Assembly: GCF_030028105.1 (NCBI RefSeq)
Contig: NC_092379.1
Coordinates: 46,052,150-46,116,149 of the forward strand
Source of the DNA: Mobula birostris
Lineage: Eukaryota
Direction: 5' to 3'
Length of the DNA stretch: 64,000 bases
Each line of letters begins with the position of its first letter. The first letter of the stretch is position 1. The notes under the pieces are model-generated. The model was not told the origin of the DNA. It was given only the letters and a program-made list of their open reading frames with translations, and searched no databases. Of the stretch, positions 23,661-38,689 are shown piece after piece. Made by a program: the position numbers and the translations under genes.

Positions 23661-26600
23661 AAAGGTCATCGATTACAAGAATGTACTTTGGAACCGGAGG
23701 AAGAGGCGTGCACTGTAGAAGGATTTCCCAGGGGAAGGCAAGTACGGGTGTACATTCCAAATGATTTCCATTACAATGGGAAGGCTGTTTCAAACGGAGG
23801 TGGTAATGTTTGTCAGTACAATGGGCAGAACACCTTGTATTTAAACAGGAAGAAATCAAATGAGAGTGATTTAAGACAAATAATAAACAAATGTTTTGCT
23901 TATTTTAGGTGAAATTAGGATGCTGGATGTAATCCGAACAACAACATGGACCATGCTCCAGTGAGAATGAGATCTGAATGCGCAAGAAAGACTCACGAAA
24001 GTTGTACCTCCACAGAACGTTTTTTCCTCGCTTCAATGGGTTTAACCTCGACTGACTAAGCACACTATGGAATAAAACCGCATGCTGTCAAAGCAAATGA
24101 AATATTGTGTGATCCTGATTTTAGGAATAGGTTTTGGAATTGGGAGATCATTGTCCAGATACACCCTTAACTTAGAATCCTTTCAAATCGTTCCATTCTG
24201 TGATACTAGTCCTGCTTGTAGTGCAGTTTCTCTTAGCTTCCTGCCTGAAGGGAGATGCTAGCCGATTGTAGCATCAGGTCCCAACTATACAGTATGATTT
24301 ATTACCCATATGGAACTTTAATTACAATATTCCTGTTGATATTAAGTTTGTACTCACTGTAGTTTAGTTTTTGCAAAGTAGTATTTTGCTTTTTGGTATA
24401 ACATATCACGAAGTGAAGTGTAAGAAAAGAATAAAATGTGACCCATCTTTGATAAATGCCAAGATCTGTAACACAAAATGCGAGATTCTACAACAAAATG
24501 GTGTCAGATTTAAATCTGGTGACAGTCGGGAGAGAGAGAGATTATCCTTTATATAATTCGAATAAAGTAATTTCTTACAACTTTTAAAATGTTTTTTTTT
24601 GTTTTCTCATGCATCTTGTTGTTGAATAAGAAAGACAAAGGAGCGAATTTTAAATTATTTTCAGTAGAAGAGGCTCTAAGAATATCCCTATCTTCAATGA
24701 TGGTGGGACATAATATGACTGTACACGATTGTGACATCGGTGAGCATGTTTAACCCTAAGTGCTGAACAATTGATTAATCTCCACTTCCTCCTGGTGTCT
24801 CCAGCTTCAGGAAAGACACTCTACAGACGACTAGATTCAGTCCACACCATATCAAGAAAAGTGTGAAAGGACTGGATACATCAAACGTTATTGCATTCAT
24901 CTAAGTCCCAGCAATAGCTCAACTGGGTTTGCAGATTACCGAGAAGGCAATGCGTATCAACACACAGACCTAATGTGGGATATGAGGATTAATTTATATG
25001 GACAAGGAGTCAGATTGGATGTGGTAGACAAAAGGCCGTCATCTATGTTGTATGATTCTATGCCTCTCTGACCTGAAGTAGCTGCGCCTCCAGCCAGGCT
25101 CATCTGGTACACGCGCCTCTTCATGGCAATTTGAAACAAATGTCCAAAGAAAGTCCCGTGTCTGAAAAGCAGAGCAACTGCAATTCAACAAATTATAAAC
25201 CGCACAGCTCACTCTTAATCATTATTAAAATAACAGGTCTAATCAATAAGAGTTGTGAAATGACACCTGATTATCAGTGTCCAGCTTGAGAGTTGCCAGG
25301 TTTTATGGTTTCCAGACATCGTCAAAACTGTGTTCTAAACTTTAGCCAAATGATTTATAAATAAAAAATCATAATTTCTCTGGATGAATTTTGTGGTGGG
25401 GTGGTCATAAGTACCAGATTGTTCAGCGTCCACATATTTGCGGGTGCTGTTTTCCTTTTGAATAAAAATTAATAACTCTTGAACCAAGTGCAAGCAAAGC
25501 ATAGATATCTTTCATGCACATCACTATGGACTCTATTTTTACATGTTGCGATTTATTGCATTCATAGAAATCTGGAATGAGTCAACATACTGTATGGCCA
25601 ATCTGCCTTATTAGAAATCTATAGTGTCGTTTCTACCAGCACCCTCTCCCCTCATCTGTAGTGGCGAACATTTAATTTCAAACTGTATATTAATTGAAAA
25701 TAGTTGTTGAATTTCTTGTCACTTGCCAGAATATAAGAACTCGCGGAGTAAATACAATACTCTCATTGGTTTATTGTCAAATATTTAACATTATTGCCCG
25801 CTGGTCTTCAGCTCTTCAAAATTTCAAATATGCTTCCTCAGCTTTTCTTTCTATCAAATGACCAAATAACATCAAATACGTCCATGAAATATCTCATTAA
25901 TCTCCATTATCCTTGGAGGAAAAGTTAAGACATCTCCTGGTTCCACCCCTGACTATGAGAGATTCTGGCTTTCAAGCAACAAAATGCAAAGTCAAGTGCA
26001 GATCACCCAGAATCTCAGGAATGACTGAGCAGTCTTGAAGAGAACCACATTTCCACGACGTATGCTTATGTTCTCATTTAGCACTCCGTATCACCGAAGG
26101 CATTAATATCCTTTCAGATCTGGTCTAGTTTGATTTCTAAGCTGAGGCCTAATCACTATACATTAAAACTTTGATCAAAATTCAGGATTCAATATTCAAG
26201 ATTGCTTAATGTAATTCCCTGTACAGAAATGTATAGGAGAACAAAATAATTGTTATTCGGAATCCAATACAGTAAAAACACAACAAGGTGAAACCATAAT
26301 AATAATAATATTAATAATAATAATGAGCGTGCTTGGTTATGCCCGTAACTCAGGGTTTACCGACTTGAGCTGAGAAAATATAAATAGTGATATCATATTA
26401 AATATAAGTATGGAATATAGATTGTATACATGAATTGATCTTATTCATCAAGTGACGCAAAGCAAGGGATTGTCTAAGTGTAAGATGGCTGACTGGAAAT
26501 TTTAAAGTAGTTGTGGTTGGGGGAGTGGAGGGGTGGCTTGTGGGTGCAAGTGTTGATCGACCTTACTACTTCTGGAATCTAACTGTCTTTGGGTCTGGTG

Positions 26601-28559
26601 GTCCTCGTGTAAATGCTACATATTGTCCTCCCTAATGGGAGAGGGACGGACATTCCCTGAACCGAGTGGGAAGGATCTTTTAAGATTTTACTGGCCCTTT
26701 TATGACACCTCCCTGCATATATCCCTTTGATGGCGAGTAGGGTGGAAACTGCACTCTGACAAAGAGGACGGCTCTATAGTGGTTATTCAAGACTGCCCAA
26801 CTCATCATGGGCAAACCTGCATAATATAAATTCGATGCATAAATTAAGAAAGTCTATTTATCTCTACTTTACAGGAATAAATCCTGACGGATTAAAGCAT
26901 TCTTGCGTTCCACACCTGTAAAATCTGTCCACTAGGTTACTGACTTGTGTCATTACATCTGCAGAACTACAGCCTAATCACACAAGCTGGTGTTGAAATC
27001 ATTTGTTTATTTTGCCATTCTTACTCACAAGGAAGTTAATGGCAATTTTACCCTTGTTATCACTGTCTTGCACCTCTTGTTGTTTCCTGCTCGTATTCCG
27101 GTTTGCATAGCTCAGTCATATTCCAAATAGCTATGTTGGTTTCATTGCGGATATGGAAATCTGTGCATGTTGTAGGTTCGCCACTGATTTACATACTAAT
27201 GTTTTTGCACGTGCAGAGACGTAGTCTCTAGAATTTAGTCATACATAGTTCCCCAGTTAGTAAACATACTGAAGAGATTTAGTACAATAATTAATTTACT
27301 TACACAATGCTCGGTCTGTAAATAGAAAGCAAGTATTGTTGGTATGTAATGCACGTAGGTCCCTATGATTTGAAATAAAGTTTGCAAAAATGTTCATCTT
27401 AGATAATATGCTGATATATTGAAGGAAGATAGTGTGCAGCTGGCCGAGTGGTAACTGAGCACCGGAGCCACGCAGCCACCTGTCCTGTCATATTAATATC
27501 TGGAGTCTAATACTAAAAGCACACTAGCTCTCTGGAGGTTATAATGAATGCCTTATTTCAAAGTCTATCTGTTAATCATCTGTGACTGTGATTGATGAGT
27601 TTTATCCATGAAAAGGATTCATCCACTCTTAAAACATCAGTCAATTTATCATCAAAGTCTATTGTACCATTTGCTAGCAAGACATTTTAGATCTGGTTTG
27701 TTTGGTAAAGATACATTCTAACTTCCCTCCAAGTTTACCTGACATGAAAGTCAGATAAATTATCACGAGAACCGGTTCTGACTGAAGGGCTTTCGGAAGG
27801 GTTGGAACACCCAAAATTTAGGCTGTGTTCCTATGCTCTCAATTGTACCAAAGATCTACAAGTTCGCTAACATTAAACAAACACATATTGGAATATAGAA
27901 TAACTGTCAGAAACAGGCTATTCTCTGTCAAGGGCAAGATAACACACCTTGTTTTGAACAGATTGTTGAGGTTTTCTGAAATGGATGCCATAATAACTTC
28001 CTGCAAAAATGCCAGTTCCTTGTTTTAGTTCTTTTACAATTTGGAAGCTTTATGCTATATATGGCCTCGGGGCAGACCCTAGGATTTATGTTTGCAACGA
28101 AAATAATCAGAATCAAAATGGCTGCACACCTGTCAATATTTAGCTGCTTGAAATTATACAGAGAGGACTGAAATAGAGGCTCTGAAAACATTTATTTTTT
28201 TGTAATTTGATGTAAATTCTGATTATTTGTTTTGTACGTTTTGTATTTCAGAATTAAACTATGAATAGTTCTATAAAAATGGGTTATGTTTCTTTACGGA
28301 AAATAGTGATAAGCGCAGATGAGCGGGGACATTGGAAACAAGAAGTATAATATCTTAGATAATACTTAATAGTGAAAAATGACACATCTGGAAGCTTTGC
28401 ATTCCTGCTTATGGAGCTTTCAAGCAAGGTGAAAAGGGCAGTTAAGAAGAAAATAAAACACAAGTTACGGAAGGAACTCAGCAGTTCAGGAGGCATCTGT
28501 GGCGGGAAGTGAACAGTAGACATTTCCTCCACCATTGATGCTGCTCTCACAGACATGTA

Positions 28560-29760
28560 CTCCATTTCCTAGACGTCCGCGCTCACCCTATCTTACCGCC
28601 ACCTTGACAGTAATTCCTCTTTTCCTATCTGCCACCTCTGAGTTTTCATATTCAGCACATAATTCTTTGCAACTTTAGCCATCTTACCACTAACCACAAC
28701 TGGACTTTCCCCGGCCCTATCCCACTTTCCACAGGGATCACTCCCTCTGTGATTTCCTTGTGCATTCATTCCTCCCCACTAATCTCCACTCTGGTACTTA
28801 TGCTGCAAACGGCAGGAGTGAACACCTGCCCATTGACCTCCTCCATCATCTCCATTCAGGTCCATAAACAACCCTTCCAGTTGAGGCAACATCTCATCTG
28901 CAAATCAGTGTTTAATGTGTCCGATACTCCGGGCGTGGTCTCTTCTACATTGCTGAGATCTGATTTACAATATATTGACGGGCCGCTTTGTGAGCCCTTC
29001 GGCTGCATCGCTAAAAGAGGAATTTCTGGGTGGCCAATCACTTCAATTCTGAAATTCATTTCTGTCCCAACATGTTGGTCTATGGTCTGCTCTTCTATCA
29101 TGATGAGGCCATTCTCATGTTGTAAGAGCAACACGTACTCCCTCTAGGCAGCCTTGAACCGAATGGCACAAACTTCAATGTTTGGAATTTCTGGTAATCC
29201 TTTCCTTCTCTCTTCCTTCTTCTTCAATTCCCCACTCTGGCCTTTTCCCTCTTTTCCTCAGCAACCTATTACTTTCCATGGTGACCATCCTCCTTCCATT
29301 TCTCCCGTAATTTATTCTTCTCTCCCATAGAGATTCTTCTGCTCCAACTCTTTCCCTTCTGCACGTATCACCTCCCATCTTCTCAGTTCAATCCCCCATA
29401 CCCACCCAGCTGCCTTCACCTTTTATTGTCCTCCTCCCCTCCCTCCAGCTTCATATTCAGTAACTTCCCTCTTCCTTTCCAGTCCTGGTGAATCCCTAGA
29501 TCTCAGCCTCAGATGTCAACTGTTCATTAATTTCCCTAGATCCTGCCTGACTTGCTGAGCTCCTCCAGTAATTTGTGTGTGTTGCAGTCGAAACTTCAGA
29601 CAGAGATCCTTTATCAAGACTGAAAAGGAGGAGGGCAGAAGCCACATGAAACAGTGTGGGGAGGATAGAAGCACAAACAGGCGTGTAGTTGGTGAACCCA
29701 GGTGGGAGGCGGAAAGGAAGTAACAGTGGGGAGGATGGGAGAGTGACAATGATGTGTTAA
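28560..29760 (+). mobile_element. Penelope-like 3' fragment with tail, abutted by an inverted tail copy
   Basis: GIY-YIG-like remnant (TPGVVSSTLLRSDLQYI, LGQSLQF); tail at ~29475-29590 followed by a reverse-oriented tail at ~29590-29760. Confidence 0.55.
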
Positions 29761-30339
29761 GATGGGACACGATAGGTGAAAGAGCCGCAGGACTGAAGGG
29801 GAAAGTATATGGTAGCAAAGAACAATTCCTATCCACTGTTGCACATACCTTTTGGCTATTGAGACAGCTTCGAATTTCCACATTCTGTATTTATTTGCCC
29901 TTCTTTTGATCAATCTGCCAATTCGCAGAACTAGCAACATGGCCTTGTACGCGAAAAGTTGTGGCTCATGAATTTGACTGAGTTTTTTGAGGACGTGTCC
30001 AAGATGATTGAGAGTAAATGTCTTCTCCACGGAATTTAGCAATGTTTTGAAAAGGTCCGGTCTGTCAGACTGCTCCGGAAGTTTGGTTGCATCATATGGG
30101 ATCCAGTATTATCTGGACAACTGGATGTAGAATTGATATAGTGGGTTGAAGGCATGAAAAGATAGTGGAAGGTTGTTATTCAGATTGGAGGTCTTTGACT
30201 AGTGTGCCATAGGAATTGGTTATGGCTTCCCTGATGTTTTTGATATATTTTAAAAACACAGGATAATTTCTTTCATTAAGAGTGTTGCTGCCTCAGAATT
30301 TTATTTTTGGTTCTGATAGACAAATTGAGGATGAATACA

Positions 30340-32170
30340 AACATAATTGCATCACGCAGGAATTTGGAGAAAAAAGAAATTAACTTTTATTGAATATAAT
30401 GCATTTAATTGCAGTGTGGTGCTGACGCTTTGCAATTGTTCAACAGCGACACTGTTTCAGTGATGATTTTCGTTTGTACTCAGCGTCTGAGGCTTCTCGC
30501 TTAAGTGCCCGACTGTAATCGGCCAGCATTGACTGATCCCAGTAGCCCTGATACTGTTTCTCTGGGACCTCAATGTCCCGGAAAAAACTTTCACCATGGT
30601 TGCCACTAACAGCGCAAAAATTTGCAGGGAAGAATAAATGGGCAAGTAGAAAAGGAAACTTTAGTGACATGTTGCAATTCACGGTTTCGTATGCCTTAAG
30701 CATGTTAATGAGCACTGGTGGACTGCAGTTGCCAACAACATTTTCAATAACACCCTTGAATGCCATCCATGCGATTCTCTCTCGTCCAACGAGGTCTTTT
30801 TTTTTCTCAAATTGCCTGTCATTGATGGCCTTTTTGATTTGTGGTCCAACAAAACCACTTCATTAATCTTCGCATCAGTTATTCTGGGAATCTTCTGTCT
30901 CAAATATCGAAATCCTTCAGGAAATATTTGTATCTGGTGACAGCAGATTCCATCCTTACAGTTTTAAGCCTGGTAATTCTGCTTTGCATTTGACAAACGC
31001 AAGTTTCTGACCAGGTCATTTAACTCAGATTGAGTTATCAGATGAGGCTCACTCAAGTTTCAAAATCTGTATCAGTATGTGTGTCTTTTTCCATCGTGGC
31101 AGCTTCGTTAGCTTTCTCTAGACTTCGTATCTCTGGTGGCTTCGGTACTGGAAGACATTTGTCATGCGGCACAAGGCTGAAGGTAGAATGAGGTATTCAA
31201 TGGATTTCTTATTTTTAGCAGAGACACACTGGTCAGACAGAAGTAGTAGTCTGTCACATGAACTTTCTGCTCTCGCCATATCATCGGAACAACGAACGCA
31301 ATTGACTTTCGAGCGCCTCTGAGCCAAGCTCTAAAAAGTACAGCGAGTGTTGCGCAACAAATGTGAAGAGCCAAGGCTCTGTCTTGATCACGAATTTTGC
31401 TCCCAAAGTATAGCTTATATGTCTTATTAACAAGCGGAGTCCTGTTTCGTCTTGGACATTTAAGCATATACTTGCCACAAATACAACAGGGAATATCACG
31501 GCTATTGCAACATTGGCGAGACATCTTGCTATCACAAATACTCCTGAAAATACAATTACTTTATCATATTGAGTATATACAATATGCTACGCGCATAGAG
31601 CATGCGTGTCAACGTGATCGCAAACCGATATACAAGTAAATGCAATGCGTAGAATAGTGTGTGCGTGATGATTTTATCGCCTTTCCAAAAACAAGTCCTG
31701 CCGAGCTTATGGTGCACGATGGGGATATTTCCTGGTTATTTGCATGATCAGCAGCGCAACATCCATGCGATATGCTTAAAGGTTTTCACGAAGCAGTATC
31801 TTTGTTGTCCAATGTAACTTGGATGAGAATATCGGTGCCATAATTTGTAAACTTGTGGTTAACTGGAAAATTAGCATATAATGGAAAATGAAGACATTTA
31901 CCCAAGTTCGTTCTCCGGATTTCCTGGGAAACTGATCATATCTCAAAATTGAATAGGTTGAATATATATCAGACACGTGCGAAGTAATGCATTTTGAGTG
32001 CATAGTTGCCTGAAGGTTGTGACAGGTAGCTAGATTGTTGAAGAAAGTGTAGGACATGAAAGCTTTCCTCGGTCAGAAGACTAAACACGGGTGCTGGGTG
32101 CCATGTCACAACTGCACAAGAGGTTTCATGAAATTTTGTCATTTTTGTGTTATCCAATTGTATCCTTTAT
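30340..32170 (-). mobile_element. Chapaev3-like (CMC superfamily) DNA transposon relic, internally deleted
   Basis: N-terminal Cys-rich MSRQCCNSRDIPCCICG...FVVPMIWREQKVHVTDYYFCLT (31162..31524) and C-terminal NMSLKFPFL.AHL.FFPANFCAVSGNHGESFFRDI...YQGYWDQSMLADY (30440..30766). TIRs not resolved. Confidence 0.6.
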
Positions 32171-32689
32171 AACTCCATTAATTTTTTTACTGAACAATTT
32201 ATGCAAGATTCAGCATTTGGCAATAACCAGAATCTGTCTATCATGTTCCAAATTTCCCACAACGTTTGGTCTATAAATCGGAGCTCTTCATTTTATCTTA
32301 CTCAGCACATATATGCCCTGACTTCTCACTACTCCTTCGTTGAATTCTTCTAAACTTCAGGACCACATCTTCAGATCACTCCGATTAATTACAACTGTGC
32401 CTTGTAAAACTATCATGTCTGTCTAAGACAGCGACAGACAATATATTTTCTGCACACCAGCATGTAACTTAAGGCTCCATTCGATGGGTTTCAATTCCAC
32501 TCTGCTTGAAATTGGAATCAGAATGTAAATCAGTTTTATTATCACTGACATATAGTATGTCGTTGAATGTGTTTCTTCACAACAAAGGTACAGCGCAAGA
32601 CATAACATTAATATAAGTTGCAATAAATAAGCACATAGAATTGGAATCACAAGGTCTTATTTATAGGTTCAAGGACCGTTCAGAAATAT

Positions 32690-33450
32690 GATAACTGAGG
32701 GTGGGTGTTCAGGCTCTTATACTTTCTCCTCGGTGGAAATAATAAGAGAGGACATCTCGGCTGGTGAGAGTGCTTAATGATGGATGCCTCTTTCTTGAGA
32801 TACAGTCTTTTGCAATGTTCATGATGGTGGGATGGATACGTCGGTGAAGCAGATGACTAAGTCTTCCTTCAACCCTTTGCAACCTCTTTTGATACCACAC
32901 TTTGGAACCTCTGCACAAGGCGGTGAAACAACCAGTCTGAATATTCTCCACCGTACATCTGAAAAAATTTGCTAGTGCATTTGGTGATATCGCAAATCTT
33001 ATCAAACTCCTAATTCGTGATTCCATCAATGTGTTGGCCAATGTTTCCCGTAAGGTATGCATGTGTGCGTTCACATGTATCTTTTGCTATCGGTGTACAA
33101 AGGAATTTAAACTGCGCACAAAAGGTTGTTACCCTTTATCTCGTTGGCATTTTAAGTATATTCCACGGACGTTTCCTTTTCCGGTTTCTGAATCAATGGT
33201 GTCAATACGGTGGAGTACGTGATTATTTGTCGACAGATTTTAGAACTGGCTTATTTATATTGTTTTTACTGAAGAAATTATTCAGTGTGCACATGTGGTC
33301 ACTGGGCCAACAATAGCACAGCACAAGATTTTTGAGAATAGTGGTCATTACAAATGAGAGGAAACATTGGTATTCGGCCCAAGATAGTTCCTCTGAGATG
33401 ACGACACTCAGGAATTTGAATCTGCTTATCTGCTTCACCACTGACCCATC
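32690..33450 (-). mobile_element. Rex1-like LINE 3' fragments
   Basis: LANFFRCTVENIQTGCFTALC and VKQISRFKFLSVVISEELSWAEY. Confidence 0.65.
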
Positions 33451-34705
33451 AATTACCGTAGGACCAGGGACTCATTTCAAAGACTTGAGAATACAGCAGA
33501 AAGGTTGATTAGCTTAGGGCAACATTTATAGTCGTTTTGCCTTATAGAAATCAGAAAGGCTGAACAAATTTGAAGACCTCCTTCCAGATATGTGATACAT
33601 TGAATTGCAATACATTATTGAACTTCAGGTCCATCCACTAAAATCACAGCGACAATCTAATGTTGTTTGGAAAGTCAAAAGCCATCATAGCAGCCACCAC
33701 TTTTCAGACTCTTGTATAAATCTAACAAACACGGAGACTTGCCATTCCGCGCTCCAACAATTGGCTCAGTACTACTAATCTGCCGATTGTAATAGAACTG
33801 AATTCCCTCCTTCTTTGCAATTTTTGGCCTGACTCGTTCTGGAATGTAACCTCTGACGAAATAGGACACAAAATATCTTTTAAAATATCATCTACTGTCT
33901 TGGTGTATCCCATTATTAATTCAAAAATCATTTAGAGAAACAGAGTTTTAATGTTTTCATCAGCGTGTGCTTGAAGCGCACACGCAATATTGGGCATCTG
34001 TATATATTAATTGTACTGGTGATCGGTTATAAAATCATATCTGAAGCGTTTCTGAGGCTAGCGAGTTTCTGTGGCCACTGTACAAAACTCGTGTATTGGA
34101 AAGTCACAGGTTAAAGACTCAATTGAATCAGATGTTCACTTTCGTTCAACATCACCAATGAATATGCTTGTGGCTTTGATTTTCAGCGCAGTGCAGGTGG
34201 CAGCTCCGCTCACTGAAACAGCTGTACAAAACTACTGCCGCCTCCACCCACCTGTTCTATCTGTCAATAATTGTATTCAGTGTCTCATCTCATAGTTTTA
34301 CTTCTTGAAATTAAGCGAACGCCTCCTTCTAAAAGCAGCACGGGGCAAACGTGACCCCAGATGCTGCGGTTTTCAATGAACAACAGATGGGCAATAACGG
34401 ATGGCGACTTAAGATAAGGGCGCAACTATCACTTACTGGTCGTTCAGCACGTTACATTCTTTTGTTGGGCTATTCTTTCACGGCAGAATGGAGCAACGAA
34501 GCGATGAATTATTTTTTCAAACCTCCATCACCTGATTTTAAGCACCAAGATCCTTACATCCAGACAATGATAACATGGTACCGGGAATCAAGAATCACCC
34601 TAAGTTGTCAGTATGAATGCACATGCATCAAGTCACGGCAATACCATCATCTGTTCTCTTGTTAGACTGACAAAATTATGAATATCGCTTTCAATTTGCT
34701 TTCAT

Positions 34706-34820
34706 TTTTTTTCCTGCGCCTTAGTTATTGCTCTACATTAATTTCAAGAGATAATAAAGTATTTTTTCCTGCGCCTTAGTTATTGCTCTACATTAATTTC
34801 AAGAGATAATAAAGTATTTT
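34706..34820. repeat. Perfect 55-bp tandem duplication
   Basis: TTTTTTCCTGCGCCTTAGTTATTGCTCTACATTAATTTCAAGAGATAATAAAGTA occurs twice, head to tail. Confidence 0.92.
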
Positions 34821-35289
34821 GTTGGAATACTCGGCCACCTCAAATGGTGTCACCAAACAGGCATGGCTCTATTATAGAAACATGGTCTCTGATCTTGGTT
34901 CTCTTGTCTATGCAATTTATTCATTCGATTGCCATTAACAGGAAATAACATTTCATAATAAAATAAAGACTCAGGATGCGAGTGACGAGTCCAAAACCAC
35001 ATCAGTCTCAATATGGCCCGCACCTCTCTTTTCAAATTCCCCTCTCACCTTCAATGCATGCCCTCTAGTATTACACATTTCAATCCTGTTGATAATATTT
35101 CGGCTTCCTGCAATTTATAAGTTTCCCATAATTTTCTAACGTGCTCTCAGGTCTCGCCTTCGTAGGCCACTCAAGCATAAACAACCCTAGTTTCCCTAAG
35201 CTCTCCTTATACTACATAACCTCTAATCCAGACAGAATCCTTATAAACCACTTCTGCACATATCAAATTGCAACTTTACTTCCCGAGGC

Positions 35290-37700
35290 TTGAAAACATA
35301 TCTCAGGCTAATAAAGGCAAACATGGCATTAGTGAGGCCAAGCTCCAGTGTATCGCTACGGATCGAGGGTATTTATGCCAGAGCCACATTTGACACAGGC
35401 TGTCAGGTTACTCTGCTGTACCGTTTGTTTTACAACCGACATTTGACGCATTTACCATTGACGCAATTGAGTGGGCTAGAGATCCGGAGTCTTAGTACGG
35501 ATGACTACTCGTGTGATGGTCACCTGTCCTTGAATCTGGAGTTTTCGGAGACAGACGTGGGAGCAGGCGAGGTCCGTAATACACTTGTGTTAGTTTGTCC
35601 GGACCCGGTCGAAAAGGGCGAAGCTTCAGTTCTTTTGGGGACGAATACCCCTATTGTGAAAAGGCTAATGGGAGCCTGCAAGGAGAAAGTTGGAGAGAGT
35701 TTTCAGTGAACATTGTCTATTTACCTCATGTTCCAATCTGCTTCTGAGGAAGTGTGTAGCTGCACTGGGCTGGATGATGAGCATAAACGAGGGACTGTGT
35801 GGTAAACCCAGTCCAAACCAGTCGTGTTACGGCCTGAGGAAGTAGCTAAAGTGACGGGAAACCCCGAATTTCCCGGAATGCCTGATGTCAAGGACCTCTT
35901 GGTTGATGCCCCGGAAGACCACGAAGAGAAGTCATCCTGACCTGCGGGGGTATTGGTGAGACTCGAGCTGCAGAAACCCTCGGTTGCACAAGTCAACAGG
36001 ATGACTGTGATTCTCAGGAACACCTCGGACACCTTAGCTGGCGTATGCCAGTGGCACACCTCTTTCCAGTGACGGTAAAATGTAGTGTCTCTGTGAGACA
36101 AGTCGGGAAGAAACTCTCTCCAAAAAAGGGAAATTTGACTGCTGAGTCATTCAACTTTGGAGACTCCCTAGTATCTGGAAGTTGGAAAGAATTTTGATAG
36201 AGAAGATGCTGAAGATGGAAGATATCTTTCCCACTGACGAGTTTGATGTGGCTTGTTCCAAGAGCACTCGCCACACCATTCGGGAGACAGAGAACACCCC
36301 GTTCAGAGACAGGTCGCGGCGACTAGCGCTTGCAGAGGTGTGGACGTTCGGCAGCATCTGCGGAAACTGAAGGAAGTTCATCACTGAATCCAGAAGCCCT
36401 TACACGTCTCTAATAATGGTGGCCAGGAAGAAGAATGGGAAGTTACAGACGTGTGTGGACTATCGGGCTCTGAACGGGCGTACAGCCGCCGACCAGTATA
36501 CTGTTCCGAGAATGGTGGACGCGTTGGCCTGCCTGAGTGGTGCGATGGACGTCAGGAGTGGATATTACCAGATACCCATGAGTGAGGCTGACAAAAGGAA
36601 GACGGCTACTGGGATTCTTCCGGTTTGAGAGGATAGGCCAGGGCATATCAGGAGCCCCGGCGGCTTTTCAGCGTGTCATGGAGAAAGCTGTTGGGGTTAT
36701 GAGCTCGTTTAAGATGTTGCTGTACCTGGATGATCTCACAATATTCCGGTCCACCTTGAACGAATATGAGGCTACGCTACTGAAGGGTGCAGGGGTGCCT
36801 GAAAGATGCAGGGTAAAACTTTCCCTGGACAAGTACGGGACGTCTGTCAACTATGTGGGGCACATAGACTCAGGGTATGGAGTAGCTAACGATCCGTCTA
36901 AGATAGAGGCGGTGATCACATGGCCAAGGCCCCAGTCTGTGAGCGGCCTGCCCTCGTTCTTTGGATTCTGTGTGAAATATCGGAGGTTCGTGAAGGACAA
37001 TTCTAAAGTGAGTTACCACCTAAATCAACTTCCGTGTTGTTACACCCTCTTGGGGAAGAAAGGGAGGAGGACGAAAAGAGAAGCAATTAAAGATTATTTT
37101 AGCCACTCCGTGCTTTTTGGAGCGAGATGGGATCCGAAATGTGAAGAGGTCTTTCAGTTGCTAAAGGAACAGCTGAGGAAAAAGGCTGTGCTGGCTTTTG
37201 CAAACCCCCGATTGCCGCATCTACTGCATACGGATGCCAGCAGACAGGGCTTCGGGGAGTTCTGTTTTCAGGATCAGAGCACAGGGTTGACACCTGTCAC
37301 CTTCGTCAGCTGGAGTCACTCACCCTCTGAGCGAAACTACTCCACGCACAATTTGGAGTTCCTGCCTTTGAAATGGGCTGTAGTGGATAAGCTACGTGAC
37401 TATACGTATGGTGCCTAGTTCGAGGTGAGGACGGACAACAACCCATTCACTTATATCCTGACCTCGGCGAAATTGGATGTCTCAGGCCATCTGTGATTGC
37501 TGCGTTGTCTGCAAATGAGTTCTGCCTGAAATACCGGTCTGGGAGTCGGAACATTGATTGCAATACGTAGACACGAGGTGCGCATGAAGGACTTGGCAGG
37601 GACGGAGAGTGGGGAACGTTCCTGCACCTGGAGTGAAAGCAATGTGCTAATTTTACATCACAGAGAAGGCAGAGGAAAGGCTGAGCGTACTTGAAGGACT
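35290..37700 (+). mobile_element. Degenerate Gypsy pol relic (protease, RT, RNase H)
   Basis: ATFDTGCQVTLLY (protease), RKKNGKLQTCVDYRALN, DVRSGYYQI, LLYLDD, LHTDASRQG, ERNYSTHNLEFLPLKWAV; many frameshifts. Confidence 0.85.
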
Positions 37701-38689
37701 TCAGAGCAGCTCCAGGCTGGGCGACGAAATCAGGGCTGCAGCGATTCGCTGGGCAGCGTGCTCTTGTCCCAGGGCCTTCCAAGTCAACGGTACCTGGGTC
37801 CCAGTGCAGTAGAATTAAAACGCCGACCCAAATTGCAGGCGAGAGCTGATTTCGTTCGCACTCCACGATGTTCAGTACTCTCTCCAGGTTGCCAGAGCCT
37901 TTCGCTGTTCCGTCGTTGGGTCAATTTAAACCTTGGCCTCGATAGACTGACAAGATAGGGTATCAGTCGGGACGAGAGCCGATTTCGCTCGTTCTTAACG
38001 ATGGTCATCTCCATGGCACTGAGACTATGAAGACTGCTCCGGGTGCTGTGCTCCGTGCCCGTTAATAAGATGAACGGATCAGCGAAGCTGTGGGTCTACT
38101 CCGGGTGTTCCGGGGATCGGATCTGAGGACTCATTTTTGATTTGGAATGCTGTTGTTCGCTTCAATTGTTTGCATGCCTTGTACTTTTGTCATTCTCTTG
38201 TGCATCGAGTCTTTCGTTAATAAGAGAAAACCTGCAGATGCTGGAATTCCAAGCAATAGACAAAAAAAAAGTCTTGATGAAGGGTCCGGCTCCAAGCATC
38301 GACTGTGTACTTCTTGTCCATTGATGCGACAAGGCCTGCTTAGTTCGCCAACATTTTGTCTGTGTTGCTTGGTCTCTTATTTTTTTATTGATATTCTTTT
38401 TACTTTAAATTGTGTTCTTACAGATTTCTTGCTTTGTGGCTACCGGGAAGCAAGTACATCTGAAGGACGTGTAATTTCTACATTCTTTGATTACAAATGT
38501 ACTTGAATATATGAATATATATTGTAGGGCTCCGGGAGTTGTGGGGGGGGGGCGGGGGCGGGGTTGCGCGGAGTGGGCCTGGTCGACAGCCCGCCCCAGC
38601 ATTCCTAATGGCCAGCGCTATTTATTGTTCTTGTTTTAAAATGCTTTCTTGGGATTATGGTGGGATGTTCAAGTTCATTTATTGTCCAT

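Noticed and set aside
27928-28191. Minus-strand ORF with a hydrophobic stretch (CAAILILIIFVA) and exon-like splice signals
   Set aside because: No recognisable family and no partner exons; cannot be distinguished from a chance ORF.
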